A program made the position numbers and the translations under genes. From positions 61,814,001-61,878,000 of the forward strand of contig OX597823.1 in NCBI GenBank assembly GCA_951406725.2: a stretch of DNA of 64,000 nt, written 5' to 3'. Below, piece by piece: positions 26,057 to 37,704 of the stretch. Origin of the DNA: Octopus vulgaris. Lineage: Eukaryota. A model generated the notes under the pieces. It did not search any database. It was not told the origin of the DNA and worked only from the letters and a program-made list of their open reading frames with translations. Position 1 is the stretch's first letter; each line of letters opens with the position of its first letter.

Positions 26057-26584
26057 CAAAATATATCAATAATTGATTCACCTAGAATTTATTCAGTGGA
26101 TATCTAAAAATTGGCTAGAAAATATCTTACATTTGTTTTTCTTTTTTTTATTATTATTTCCATTGAGGATTCAGAGAACAAAAAGATTAAAAGTTGTTTC
26201 AATTTTGCTATACAAAATTATCTACATTTCCATTTGTAGTCAACCAATTTAGGAATCTTCTTCTAAAATGCATTTCACCCCACTGCATCATGAAGCTCTG
26301 TCCTCCATTAGCTTTCACAGTTTCTCAGTTTTATGTTGTGTGTCTGCTAATAATATCAGTGATGTTGAGTGTTCTTCATTGATCGCTGAAATGTAGAAAT
26401 CTTCAAAATATTTTATATTTAAACTTAGATTCTACTTCAGTAGTTAATTTGTTAATGACAGATATAAGACATTTTCTTTCCAAACCCATGCACCCATTTC
26501 TTCTGGGTGTGTAAATTCATTATGAGGGAGTAAATTAATGAAATATAGGGAGTTAGCATGAGCACTAAAATAAGGTTGAGATAG

Positions 26585-26626
<42 letters not shown>

Positions 26627-26649
26627 CATATATATATATGTATATATCT

Positions 26650-26870
26650 TTTTCTTTTTCTTTTATTTTATTTGTTTCAGTCATTTGACTGTGGCCATGC
26701 TGGAGCACTGCCTATAGTCGAGCAAATCGACCCCAGGACTTATTCTTTGTAAGCCTAGTACTTATTCTATCATTTTCTTTTGCCGAACTGCTAAGTGGCG
26801 GGGATGTAAACACACCAGCATCGGTTGTCAAGCAATGTTGGGGGGACAAACACAGACACCAAGCATATAT

Positions 26871-26905
<35 letters not shown>

Positions 26906-27048
26906 CGAAGGGCTTCTTTCAGTTTCTCCACTCACAAGGCTTTGGTCAGCCCGAGGCTATAGTAGAAGACATTTGCCCACAGTGCCACACAGTGGGACTG
27001 AACCTGGAACCATGTGGTTGGTAAGCAAGCTACTTACCACACAGCCTC
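26650..27048 (-). mobile_element. SINE family A copy
   Basis: Near-complete reverse complement of 30558-30972. Confidence 0.88.
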
Positions 27049-27058
27049 TCTTGCGTAT

Positions 27059-27325
27059 CAGTATTTTTAATATGTCTGGTGTCCTAGCACAATCATCAGG
27101 CATTGCCCACATGGCATAATGAACTAGGATGTCATGTGGGCAGTACCTGATGATTTTGCTAGGACACAAGACACGCTAAAAAATACTGGCATGCCCTCAG
27201 CACATGAAACTAGTAGTAACACATAAATACATACAAAAAAAATTCGTTTTCTATGTTTTTGTTTTTATGTTTTCGTTTCTCATTGTGTTCAACGTTTTTT
27301 TGATGTCCTCTACCCATATATTTGT
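27059..27325 (+). mobile_element. Fold-back element, family C: ~59-bp inverted arms overlapping a hammerhead-like motif, followed by a T-rich tail
   Basis: Arms at 27059-27118 and 27129-27188. CTGATGA at 27147-27153, then GAAAC-TAGTA-GTA at 27206-27218. Confidence 0.5.
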
Positions 27326-27397
27326 TGCATTGTAAGAAAAACAATTTTACATTAATTTGATGGGTTACACTATACTTTTATAGAGCACAAATAGATT

Positions 27398-27635
27398 CCC
27401 CGTGCCGGTGGCACGTAAAAAGCACCATCCATCCGTGGCCGTTTGCCAGCCCCATCTGGCACCTGTGCGGGTGGCACGTAAAAAGCACCCACTACACTCA
27501 CGGAGTGGTTGGCGTTAAGAAGGGCATCCAGCTGTAGAAACACTGCCAGATCATACTGGGCCTGATGCAGCCTTCTGGCTTCCCAGACCCTAGTTGAACC
27601 GTCCAACCCATGCTAGCATGGAAAGCGGATGCTAA

Positions 27636-27673
<38 letters not shown>
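27398..27673 (+). mobile_element. Family D (V-domain) repeat with (GAT)n tail
   Basis: Tandem GTGCCGGTGGCACGTAAAAAGCACC, then GGTTGGCGTTAAGAAGGGCATCCAGCTGTAGAAAC, then (GAT)n. Confidence 0.85.
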
Positions 27674-27676
<3 letters not shown>

Positions 27677-28299
27677 GAATATTATTGACAGTGACTCCAA
27701 AGTTTCAGCTATTGTCAGACTGTGGTGCAGAGAAGTCAATCTTGGCTTCATATAGTCTCTGTTGAGTTAAAATTTTCCTTGGGTATGTGGGTTTGAGTGG
27801 AGTGGTAATTAGGTTTCAGGGTGGGTTGTTATGGAGAGGTATTTTGGAGGAATTTTAATGGCTTAAATTTGGGGTTTTGGTATTGTTCAGATTTTATTCC
27901 TGTATGTAGAACTTTGTAAGTAAGTGTGACTATTTAAATATGTCCCATTTGGTAGCTAGGTATAGGATGTGTTGGTAGTTTTAGTTGTTTTTGATTTTAT
28001 TGTGTTTCTATGTGTGTGTGTGTGTGTGTGTGTTCTTTTCTACATAAACAATATGTCAAGTATATAGCAGTATGGCTTGTGAAAACCATTGGCATAAGTA
28101 GCTTGTTTAGAAACAAGTGAAGGCTGGCAGCCGGAAGGATATCCAGATATAGAATACTGCTTTAAGAAGCCTTGTGAAACCCATAGAAAAGTCAATGTAA
28201 AATAAATGAATGATTGTGTGCATAGCTGTATAGGTGAGGCTCTGAGTATCTGTGTATGTGTCAGTGTATGGCTGAGTGCCTGTGTATTTATATACATAT

Positions 28300-28556
28300 A
28301 TGTTTTACTCATGTGTAGAATTTTATTCACACAAACATTTATGCAAATGAACACATAAGCATTATATTAAAATAAGCCATCACCAAGAAAAGTTGTACTC
28401 TCCCTCCTTCACTTTTAAACAAACTGTAACTTCCATTATGCCAGTAATCCAGTTCACCATATACTAGCTGTGCCAATTCTGCCCATAACAAAGGAACATA
28501 TAATACAATGTGGCTGTAGGTCATAACACCTGGGCAACACCGGGATGCATTGCTAG
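28300..28556 (+). mobile_element. Helitron 3' end (5' boundary uncertain)
   Basis: Hairpin CCTGGGCAACACCGGG (28529-28544) followed by GCTAG|T (CTAG at 28553-28556), the same terminal structure as 15618. Confidence 0.5.
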
Positions 28557-29334
28557 TATGGATATAAATGTGTGTGTGTGTGTGGGTGGGTGTTTTGGTT
28601 TGTTTACACCCCTGTAACAGTTCGTTAATCTAAGTACCAGGCTTGAAAAATAATGAGTACTCGTGCCAATTGTTTGACAAAATCAATCAGGGAGATGCCC
28701 CAGCATGACTGCAGTCTAATGACTGAAACAAGCAAAAGATTAAAAAAAAAGAAAAGAAAAATAAATAAATAAATAAATAAATAAATAAGACAGCCACAAA
28801 AAGTTTTAATTTATATTTAGTTTACATTTAAAAAGAAAATGGTATAATATTAAATTAAACCTTTTACATTTAATAAAGAAATTTATTTTTAAATAAATCT
28901 AATTATTTTCTTAATTGGAAAAAACTTTAAATAATGTGTTTTTTTCTTTTTCTTTCAGATAAAAATATGTTTTTAGTTGAAATAGACACAATATAAAATA
29001 TAAACTGAATTAAATAAAATAAAATTAATGAAGTCAAGTAATTTCAAGTGACTACAATGGATGTACCCAGTTTAGAGACCTCCATCTTTCAACAAGGCCT
29101 TAAAGAGCTCTAATTCACTAAGGGATATAGCTGGCTTCCAAAGCTAAACTAAATTATTCCCATTGTGCCTTGTGTTTTTTTGTTTTGTTTTTTTTATTAA
29201 TTTTTTATGTTGTTTACCTTCGAAATCCAGCCTGATAGAGCAGGCTTATGAAAATTCTTATTTTATCAATGTCAGCTAGTTCAGTTTGTTGATATCTCTT
29301 TATGGTTTGGGGATAGAAATCAATAAAGTGATTT

Positions 29335-29965
29335 GCCTTCATCAACATCCTCACTGTCAATATCGTCGTAGTTGTCACTATTATCATCCTCATCCTCATC
29401 ATCATCATTGTCACTGATGTCATCATCATTGTTTACACCATCATCACCATCGTCACCATCAATATCACCACTATTTACAACATTGTCATTATCACCACCA
29501 CCACCACCACCACCATCATCATTGTCATCGTCGTCGTCATCATCATCATCATCATCATCGTCGTCACCACCACTAGCATCATCACTACCATCACCACCAA
29601 CAACATCACAACTACTACCACAACCATTACCACTACCACCAGCATCACTGCCACCTCCACCACCTCTAAAATCATCATTACTGTTTACAACATTGTCATT
29701 ATTACTATGTCCACCACCATCACCATCATCATCATCATCATCATCATCACCGTCATCAACATCAGTCTTCAATGTTATAATATTTAACATCATCATAATC
29801 AGCAGTAGTAGCATTATCCTCATCACTATCACTATAGTTATCATCAACACTATCATCATCATCATCCCTACTTGTATAATTTTACATTTTTCTTCCTTTT
29901 TACCTTGTGTACATAGGCTTGTCATCATCAATGTTGATGTTGTTGTTGTTGATGATGATGATGAT
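29335..29965. repeat. Degenerate (CAT/CAC/CGT)n tract
   Basis: Directly visible. It produces the poly-Asp/Gly/Ser ORFs. Confidence 0.9.
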
Positions 29966-30557
29966 CTGAATACTCCAACATTTTTCATTTACAGTACTCA
30001 TAAATATGAAATGTATCCATTTTTATTTGTTTTTAACAGAGAGAGAGAGAGCGAGAGAGAGAGAGTAATTTGAGGGAGATTTATCTGCTATTTCTAGCAT
30101 TTCGACTTACCACATAGAGAGCACCACATCAAGTCCATCATATTACAGTACCACTAGTGAGTATTCTTCGTCAGCTGGTCAGCAAGGCCCAGACAGTCTC
30201 GGATCTACAATATTTAACCAGTACAACATGTAATGTGACTCATTTCATTGATCCAGATTACATTTCGTTTTATAATCTCTGTTTTCCTTCTATTATTCCA
30301 TAGCATTTTGCCAGAATTCCTCTTCTGCCATTGTTTTTTTCATTTCTGTTGATTTGCATATTCCTTCCCTCCCAGTATATGACCTGTGGCTTATAGTCAT
30401 AGACTGGGAGATGTGTGTATAAGTTTGAATGAATAAATTTAAGAGAATTTGCATATATATGTTTATGTATGTGTGAGTCTGTGCATTCATATAAGCATGT
30501 GTATATCTAAATATCTATCAATCTATCTATCTATTTATCTATCTACAAATATATAAA

Positions 30558-30972
30558 TGTGGCTGTGTGGTAAGGAGCTTGCTAACCAACCACATGGTTC
30601 CGGGTTCAGTCCCACTGCGTGGCATCTTGGGCAAGTATCTTCTGCTATAGCCCCGGGCCGACCAATGCCTTGTGAGTGGATTTGGTAGATGGAAACTGAA
30701 AGAAGCCTGTCGTATATATGTATATATATATATATATATATAAGTGTGTGTGTATATGTTTGTGTGTCTGTGTTTGTCCCCCTAGCATTGCTTGACAACC
30801 GATGCTGGTGTGTTTACGTCCCCGTCACTTAGCGGTTCGGCAAAAGAGACCGAGAGAATAAGTACTGGGCTTACAAAGAATAAGTCCCGGGGTCGATTTG
30901 CTCGACTAAAGACGGTGCTCCAGCATGGCCGCAGTCAAATGACTGAAACAAGTAAAAGAGTAAAAGAGTAAG
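30558..30972 (+). mobile_element. SINE family A, best-preserved full-length copy
   Basis: A box TGGCTGTGTGG, B box GGTTCAGTCCC, central (TA)/(TG) microsatellite, and a 3' end GCAGTCAAATGACTGAAACAAGTAAAAGAGTAAAAGAG. More than 15 relatives in the window. Confidence 0.92.
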
Positions 30973-30973
30973 A

Positions 30974-31004
<31 letters not shown>

Positions 31005-31009
<5 letters not shown>

Positions 31010-31240
31010 TTTGTTCTTATGTTCAGTTATAATAAAAACAATTTTAGATTAATCTGATAGATTACTCTATGGTTTTGTAGAGTACACATTTATTAATCTT
31101 AAACTAGAATATCATTGACAGTGACTTTGAGCTTTTGGCCAGTTAAGCCATCGTTGGACTGCCATCATTAGACTGCAATCCGACAATGGCTTAACTAGCT
31201 GAAACTTTGAAGTCGCTGTCAATAATATTCTTGTTTAAGA
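31005..31240 (-). mobile_element. Fold-back hammerhead element, family B (palindrome 31097-31240 plus tail)
   Basis: ~65-bp inverted arms. The right arm has CCGACAA-TGGC-TTAACT-AGCT-GAAAC-TTTGAA-GTC-GCTGTC. The stretch 31005-31125 is the reverse complement of 57348-57460. Confidence 0.65.
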
Positions 31241-31246
31241 ATAATA

Positions 31247-31637
<391 letters not shown>

Positions 31638-31639
31638 AT

Positions 31640-32103
31640 GGTGATGACAAGTTACTGAAATCTCTGGCAATATGCTATGCATGAGAAGACTTGTTAGGAA
31701 AAGTGAAATAGTAGTTGTGTCATGAAAATAGCATCCATGAAATCATAGTGATGACCATTGTCATTGTCATGTAACTTGCAACTGTAAAATCAAAGTTGGA
31801 CCATTGCTGGTGCCTTGTAAATGGCACCCATGGTCATTGCTAGTACCATATAATGGGCACCTATGAATCGACATGGTCATTGCTGGTGCCATGTGAATGG
31901 CACCTGTGAATCGTAGTTATGGTCGCTGCTGGTGCCATGTAAATGGCACATAAAAGCACCCATTACACTCCTGGGGTGGCTGGCATTAGGAAGGGCATCT
32001 AGCCATAGCAACCATGCCAAATCAGATTGGAGCCTGGTACAACGCTCCAGCTTATCAGCTCCAGTCAAACCATCTAACCCATGCTAACATAGTTAAATGA
32101 TGA

Positions 32104-32120
<17 letters not shown>
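31640..32120 (+). mobile_element. Family D: RTE C-terminus, 3' UTR with tandem ~45-bp subrepeats, V-domain and (GAT)n tail
   Basis: An [10 protein letters not shown]-like end, repeated CATTGCTGGTGCCATGTAAATGGCAC, then GGCTGGCATTAGGAAGGGCATCTAGCC. Confidence 0.7.
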
Positions 32121-32137
<17 letters not shown>

Positions 32138-32534
32138 GGTTGTGGTGGTGGAGGAGGAGGAGGAGGAGGAAGATAGTGACAATGGCGACAATACCATTTA
32201 ACGTACACTGTATTAGAATGAGAACTACTAATAGTTTCTTAATAGTTTCTTGCCATGAAGACAAGTGGCTAGGCAGGTTTATTCTTTTTAAGAATCAGGA
32301 TGCTGGTACATGAGAAACCATGAGAAAAATGAGAAGCTTGATGCAAAATGTGGAATGAGAATTCAAAGTGTGAATAAAAATGGAAAAGAAAAGAAAGAAA
32401 TTTAGAGTTATATACTCTTTGACTGGGGAAGTTGAAATTAACTAATTGTTTTAGAATAATTCAATGGAGAGGGGTCCACAGTCTGCAAGGAAGATGCTCA
32501 ATCTGGAGAGGGTGATGTGCTCCAGTTCAACAAA

Positions 32535-32850
32535 AGAAATTTGTCCATATGCTTGCATTTTCTGAAGATTTCGGATATGGAATAGTGTGGTAGAATTCTT
32601 TGATCTAAAAGCAATGTGTGATCTTTCAACTACTCATAAGTTCCATTTCTTAGATCCATTTACATATGGCATGGGTTTCTCTATGATTCTCCACTTGATT
32701 GTTTGTCGTATGTAATTGGCCTTCAGACCCTATACATAGCTAGTCAACTTAGTGGATTTAATTTAATTGATGTGCTAGAAAGGAGACTGATGGTTTTCAT
32801 AATGTCTTTTCAAATTGCTTTTGCATAAGCCAAGATAGTGTAATTTTAAA
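32535..32850 (-). pseudogene. Decayed Penelope-like GIY-YIG endonuclease C-terminus
   Basis: The minus strand translates, with stops and shifts, to TKLTSYV*GLKAN...IKWRIIEKPMPYVNGSKKWNL*VVE...EIFRKCKHMDKFLL. This matches the T.LS.Y.W.LK / IKW.I....PY....K.C.LC..EK / SKCRH..KFLL motif series of Penelope-like elements. Confidence 0.7.
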
Positions 32851-33143
32851 GGAAACTTACAATATGTAATTATTGGGTGTGGAAAACCCCTTTTGGACAG
32901 AAAAAGCCTGAGGCTGTCTGTGGGACATGAAACCATATCTCCACAGGCATGATTAGCACTCCATTACTGGACCAAAGCAGTCCCTTGAATCTCTCTATCA
33001 ATTTTAGAAACTTAATGAGCAAGAATTGTATGTTTTTGCTGTCATCAGAGTTTTATAAACTAATTCTGTCTTGGAACAGTATATCCTGAAGCAATATTTA
33101 CATGTTATTATTTGAGATTCACAGTCCCAAAAAAGAAATACAT

Positions 33144-33184
<41 letters not shown>

Positions 33185-33189
33185 TATTA

Positions 33190-33395
33190 TTTATGCACCC
33201 TTTTCAAGCCTAGCCAGGATCATAGGCCCAGTTTCCCGGTTTCTGTGGCATATGTATTCCCCACCAGCTGGACAGGGAGCCAATACATCGCAGCATTTCT
33301 CAAGAAACAGGAAGAAAGAGTGAGAGAAAGTTGGGGCGAAAGAGTACAACAGGGGTCGCCACCACCCCCTGCCTCGTGGAGCTTTAGGTGATTTT
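33190..33395 (-). mobile_element. SINE/LINE tail shared with the family C copies at 40987 and 62061
   Basis: Reverse complement of GAAACCGGGCCCATGAGCCTGGCTAGG...AAAAGGGCGCAT. Confidence 0.6.
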
Positions 33396-33399
33396 GCTC

Positions 33400-35160
33400 A
33401 ATAATAAAGGTGTGTGATTGTGGGGCTGGGAAGTGGCCAGTGCTAGTGTGTATGTGGTGGTGTGATGTGATGAGGTGTTGTGTGGTATGGTGCTGTATGG
33501 TGTAGTGGTGTGTGGTGTGGTGGTGTTGGGAGGGGGGAGGTGAGAGTGGAAGAAGCAAGGGTGGGTGTGGGTTAGGCTGAGGGTGGGGTTAGGGGTGGAG
33601 TATGTGAATAGGCTGATGGTGGAGTAGAGGTGGGGTGGGTGTAAGGGATGGGATGGGGTGGGTGTAAGGGATGGGATGGGGTGGGTGTAGGGGATGGGAT
33701 GGGGTGGGGTCGGATAGGATAGATAGGGAAGGTGGGGTTGGATTGTGGGGGAGGGGTTACGAGGGAGGGGTGACGATTAAGGGAGAGGGTGAAAGTGGGT
33801 AGGAGTGAAGAGAAGTAGGAGTTGGAGCAAGAGAGGAGAGGTGGGTGGGATGAAGTAGTTTTGAGGGGTAGAAAGGAGAGGGGAGAGGTTAGATGAAGAG
33901 GGGAGGAGAGTTGAACCCATGTGGTGCAAAGGAGCAGTGAGAGAAGATTAATCCCTGTCCATGGCATGAACGGGAGTCCGGATAGCCCCTGTGCAAGGAC
34001 ACTCCAAACACAGACAGGTGTTGCAAAGTGTGACCTGTAGAGTGGAAATGGCACAAGACTGGGGTGTCATTACCGAGTAGGATGTCTCAGAGTTGTTCTG
34101 TGAACTGGTCAGTCAAGCGGCATCCCGTTTGCCCGATGTATAGAGAAGGGCAGAGAGAGCAGGAGATGCAGTAGATGACATTGGTAGACGTGCAGGTGAA
34201 GGATTCAGTGATGTGATAGGGTCGATGATGGGTGCCAGTGAAGAGGGTGGTGTTGTAGAGGTAAGGGCAAGTGTGGCAGCGTGGGCTGGAGCATGGGAAC
34301 GAGCCAGGTTGAGAGGTTGTGTTGGGTCATCGCTATAGAGCCTGTGTGGACGGAGGAATTAGGAATAGGGGATGGAAAGCTTGGTGTGTTTAGGGTGGCA
34401 GGAGGAGAGGTTGAGGTATGAGTGTGGGTCTGTGTGTTTGTACTGGATGGAGGTGGTGAGAGTGGTGTGATGAATGCTGACCAGAATGTCAAGAAAGGAG
34501 ACAGAGGTGTCAGAGATAGTGCAGGAGAAGTGGAAGGCAGGATGGAAAGATTTGACAAAAGAGAGGAAGGAGTCTAGATGTTCACAGGATAGTGAGATCG
34601 CACTGATACAGTCATCAATATAACAGCCGTATAGTTCGGGAGTGGGACCAGTAAAACTTGAGAATATTAGGGCCTCAATGTAGCCAACAAACAGGTTCGC
34701 ATAGTTGGGGCCCATTCTCATTCCCATGGCCACTGCCAAGACCTGCTGGTGAAAATTCACCAGTGAACCGGAAGCAGTTGAGTGAGAGGACAAGTTCAGT
34801 CAGACAAACGAGTGTGGATGTGTCAGGTTGGGGGTTGGGTCGAAGGTCAAGGAAATGTTGGAGTGCACATAGTCTCTTGTGGTGAGGGATCACCATGTAA
34901 AGGCTCTGGATGTCGAGAGTCAAGAGAAGTTTAGAGGAGTCAGGAGAGAAGAAGAGAGAGTTGATCAAATGAAGCATGTGGTTGGTGTCATGGATGTGAG
35001 AAGAGAGGGAAGCCACTAGGGGGGCAAGGACATGGTCAAAATATCTGGAGTTGAGTTCGGTGTAACAATTGCAGGTGGAGATGATGGGGCAGCCAGGATT
35101 GTTAGGTTTGTGGATTTGGGGGAGGAAGTAAATAGTGGGAGTGCGAGGAATGCGGACAAT
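33400..35160 (-). mobile_element. 5'-truncated Penelope-like retroelement: RT plus GIY-YIG endonuclease pseudogene and C-rich 3' region
   Basis: Motifs IYFLPQIHKPNNPGCPII, TLDIQSLY, VAMGMRMGPNYANLFVG, YIDD, VSFLDI, YKHTD.HSYL, HPKHTKLSIPYS, then FTCTSTNVIYCISCSLC..LYIGQTG (~34200-34120). Frameshifted. Confidence 0.92.
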
Positions 35161-35229
35161 ATATATATATATAGTATAGGACAATCAGTAAGTTATCATA
35201 ATCGCACCAGCCAGCATCACCACTTCCTC

Positions 35230-35495
35230 AAGCCTGTCATATATACATGTATATATGTATGTATATGTGTGTGTGCATGTGTGTGTGTGTGTTTGTGTGC
35301 ATGTTTGTCCTACTACCACCTTTACTTGACAACCGATGTTGGTGCATTTGTGTCCCTGTAATTTAGCTGTTCAGCAGAAGAGACTGATAGAATAATCCCC
35401 AGGCTTACAGGGAATAAGTCAATTTCTTCGACAAAAGGGTGATGCTCCAGCATGGCCACCATTAAATGACTGAAACAAGTAAAGGAATAAAAGAA
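35230..35495 (+). mobile_element. SINE family A 3' half
   Basis: CTTGACAACCGATGTTGGTG...GACTGAAACAAGTAAA. Confidence 0.75.
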
Positions 35496-35671
35496 TACCA
35501 GAAAAACGTTCCATACCACTAAACAATGAAGGTTCTTTGAATATGTACCATGTATTTTAAGGTTAAATAGTAATTCTGTTTACATTTGTGTAACTGAGAT
35601 ATTTTGGTTGGATTATATAGTCATTGGTGTTATGTTACTTTCTATATTCTGCAACTGTCACAATATACTTT

Positions 35672-35812
35672 TCTAGGCCTGAAATTTTTGTGGGAAGGGG
35701 GCCAGATGATTAGATTGACCCCAATACACAACTGGTACTTAATTTATTGACCCCGAAAGGATGAAGAATAAAGTCAACCTTGGAATAATTTGAACTCAGA
35801 ACGTAGACAGAC
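35672..35812 (-). mobile_element. SINE family B partial copy
   Basis: CTGGTACTTAATTTATTGACCCCGAAAGGATGAA core. Confidence 0.75.
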
Positions 35813-37119
35813 AATCATAATATGCAAACATTTCTCATGGTACCAATACACTGCTTATAGATGCTTACATTTTTTATGTTTCCCATGAAATTTTCATGGG
35901 TCCATCTAGTTTATAATGAATATCTTTCCATGGATTGTGTAATATATAAATTTTATTTAAATATCACAAATAAATAAGTGGGCTTAAGAGTTCTATATAA
36001 TTATAAGATTTTGAGTATAGACATGTCAATTATAAATTTGTTTAATTAATGATACTTATTGATATTAGAGTTGTTTTGTAAATATAATGTTGTTTTCATT
36101 GTATTAATTATTAATATCAGTATGTATTATTATATTTGTGATATTCAATTTTTGTTATGGCATATAATTGGCCAGAATTCTTGCGACATGTACAACATAC
36201 AATTCTTTTCTATAAGAATAAACTTCCTAAAATCGATAGAGAGATTCAAGGAATTGTTTTGGTCAAGTGATGGATTACCTGTTATGTCTGTGAGTTCATG
36301 TCCCACAGGCAGCCTTTAATTTTTTCTGTCCAAAAGCATTTTTCAACTGAATATCTATATGCTATTATCTGTAGCTATATGTACCATCGCAATCCTCTGT
36401 TCCGAAACAAAATTATTTCACATTTTCCAGAAAATTTATGAAATTCTTATGTCAACAAAATGTATGTATATGTGTGTTTGTTTAGATTTTTTTTTTTTTT
36501 TTTTTAAATTTAATTCTTACATTTCATGTATTCGATTTTTCTTTTGCTGAAATCATTAAGATTTTTCTGAAATATATTTCTGTAAATAGAAATTATAACC
36601 TGAATTCTGTGCTTTGAGTTGTTATTGAAATATAGATTTTATTTTGGATTAATATCGGTATTTTGTTATTGAGAATTACATGTATTGAAGTTTGATGAAA
36701 ATATTGTTTTTTTTTTTAATTCTAAAGAAAATAAATGCAATAATTTCTATTGAAAGGCCAAAGGTATTTAATTTATCAACTTCATACAGTCCATTTAATT
36801 TCAATGCTCTTTAAGTCTTTAATTCTTTTAGAAAAAAAGAGTTTCTCTGGCTTTCTTTCTCTTCTTTTTCTCATTTCTCTTTCATTTATCCAATTTTTTT
36901 TTTAATTCTAAAATCTTTCATTTCGAACAAAAATCATACATGTATAAAATTAAGATAATGCTATTAACCCCCACCTCTATCTCTTTCTCTCTCTCTCTCT
37001 GTCACACACACATACACACACACAAACACACATTCAAATGTATGTGCGTATCTGGGTATTCAAATGAAAGTAAAAAGTATTCATTTCATCAAGTAATTTT
37101 ATGCATATGCATGTTAGTG

Positions 37120-37151
<32 letters not shown>

Positions 37152-37212
37152 TATACATACATGCAGACATATATATATAATTAAATATATATATAATCAT
37201 ATATATATATTC

Positions 37213-37307
<95 letters not shown>

Positions 37308-37310
<3 letters not shown>

Positions 37311-37540
37311 TCATTATCATCGTTTAACATCCGTTTTCCATGCTAGCATAGGTTGGATGGTTCGACTGGGATCTGGGAAGTCAGGAGGCTGCTGGCTCCA
37401 GTCTGATGTGACAGTGTTTCTACAGCTGGATGCTCTTCCTAACACCAGTGTAGTGGGTGCTTTTTACATGCCACCAGCACAGGGGCCAAAGGAGGCTGGC
37501 AACAGTCACGATCAGTTGGTGCTTTTTATGTGCCACTGGT
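37308..37540 (-). mobile_element. Family D (V-domain) copy after a long (TA)n
   Basis: Reverse complement of 27398-27673. Confidence 0.8.
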
Positions 37541-37704
37541 ACACACACACACACACAATATATTGTTTATTCATTTTTGTACTTTTTGTGATCTATTTAT
37601 AGGTTTTAAAATATATTTTATTTTTTATTTATGATTTGGTTTATGTCTATCATTGTTTGAATTGCATAATAGTAGTTTTTCTCTAATTCATATTATATAT
37701 ATAT

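Noticed and set aside
24128-26107. His-rich, Ser-rich and Pro/Leu-rich ORFs of 130-200 aa
   Set aside because: They come from trinucleotide tracts open on both strands, with no splice or homology support.
25050-26570. Coding-looking minus-strand stretches around the polypyrimidine tract (also 53220-53520)
   Set aside because: All frames have frequent stops and no recognisable domain was found.
29320-30073. 222-aa Asp/Gly-rich and 233-aa Ser/Pro-rich overlapping ORFs
   Set aside because: Both arise from one degenerate (CAT/CAC)n tract, and being open on both strands points to a repeat artefact.
30150-30180. CTGACGA box on the minus strand (also CTGAAGA near 3745-3760)
   Set aside because: No properly placed GAAA or stems II and III, so it was not called as a hammerhead.
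30558-30620. tRNA-like A and B boxes (also at 9194, 40987, 54497 and others)
   Set aside because: These are SINE heads with no full cloverleaf, and they continue into repeat bodies, so they are not tRNA genes.
31790-31960. Regularly spaced ~26-bp repeats superficially like a CRISPR array
   Set aside because: The context is eukaryotic, the repeats are degenerate, the spacers are related to each other, and the array lies in an RTE 3' UTR with no cas genes.
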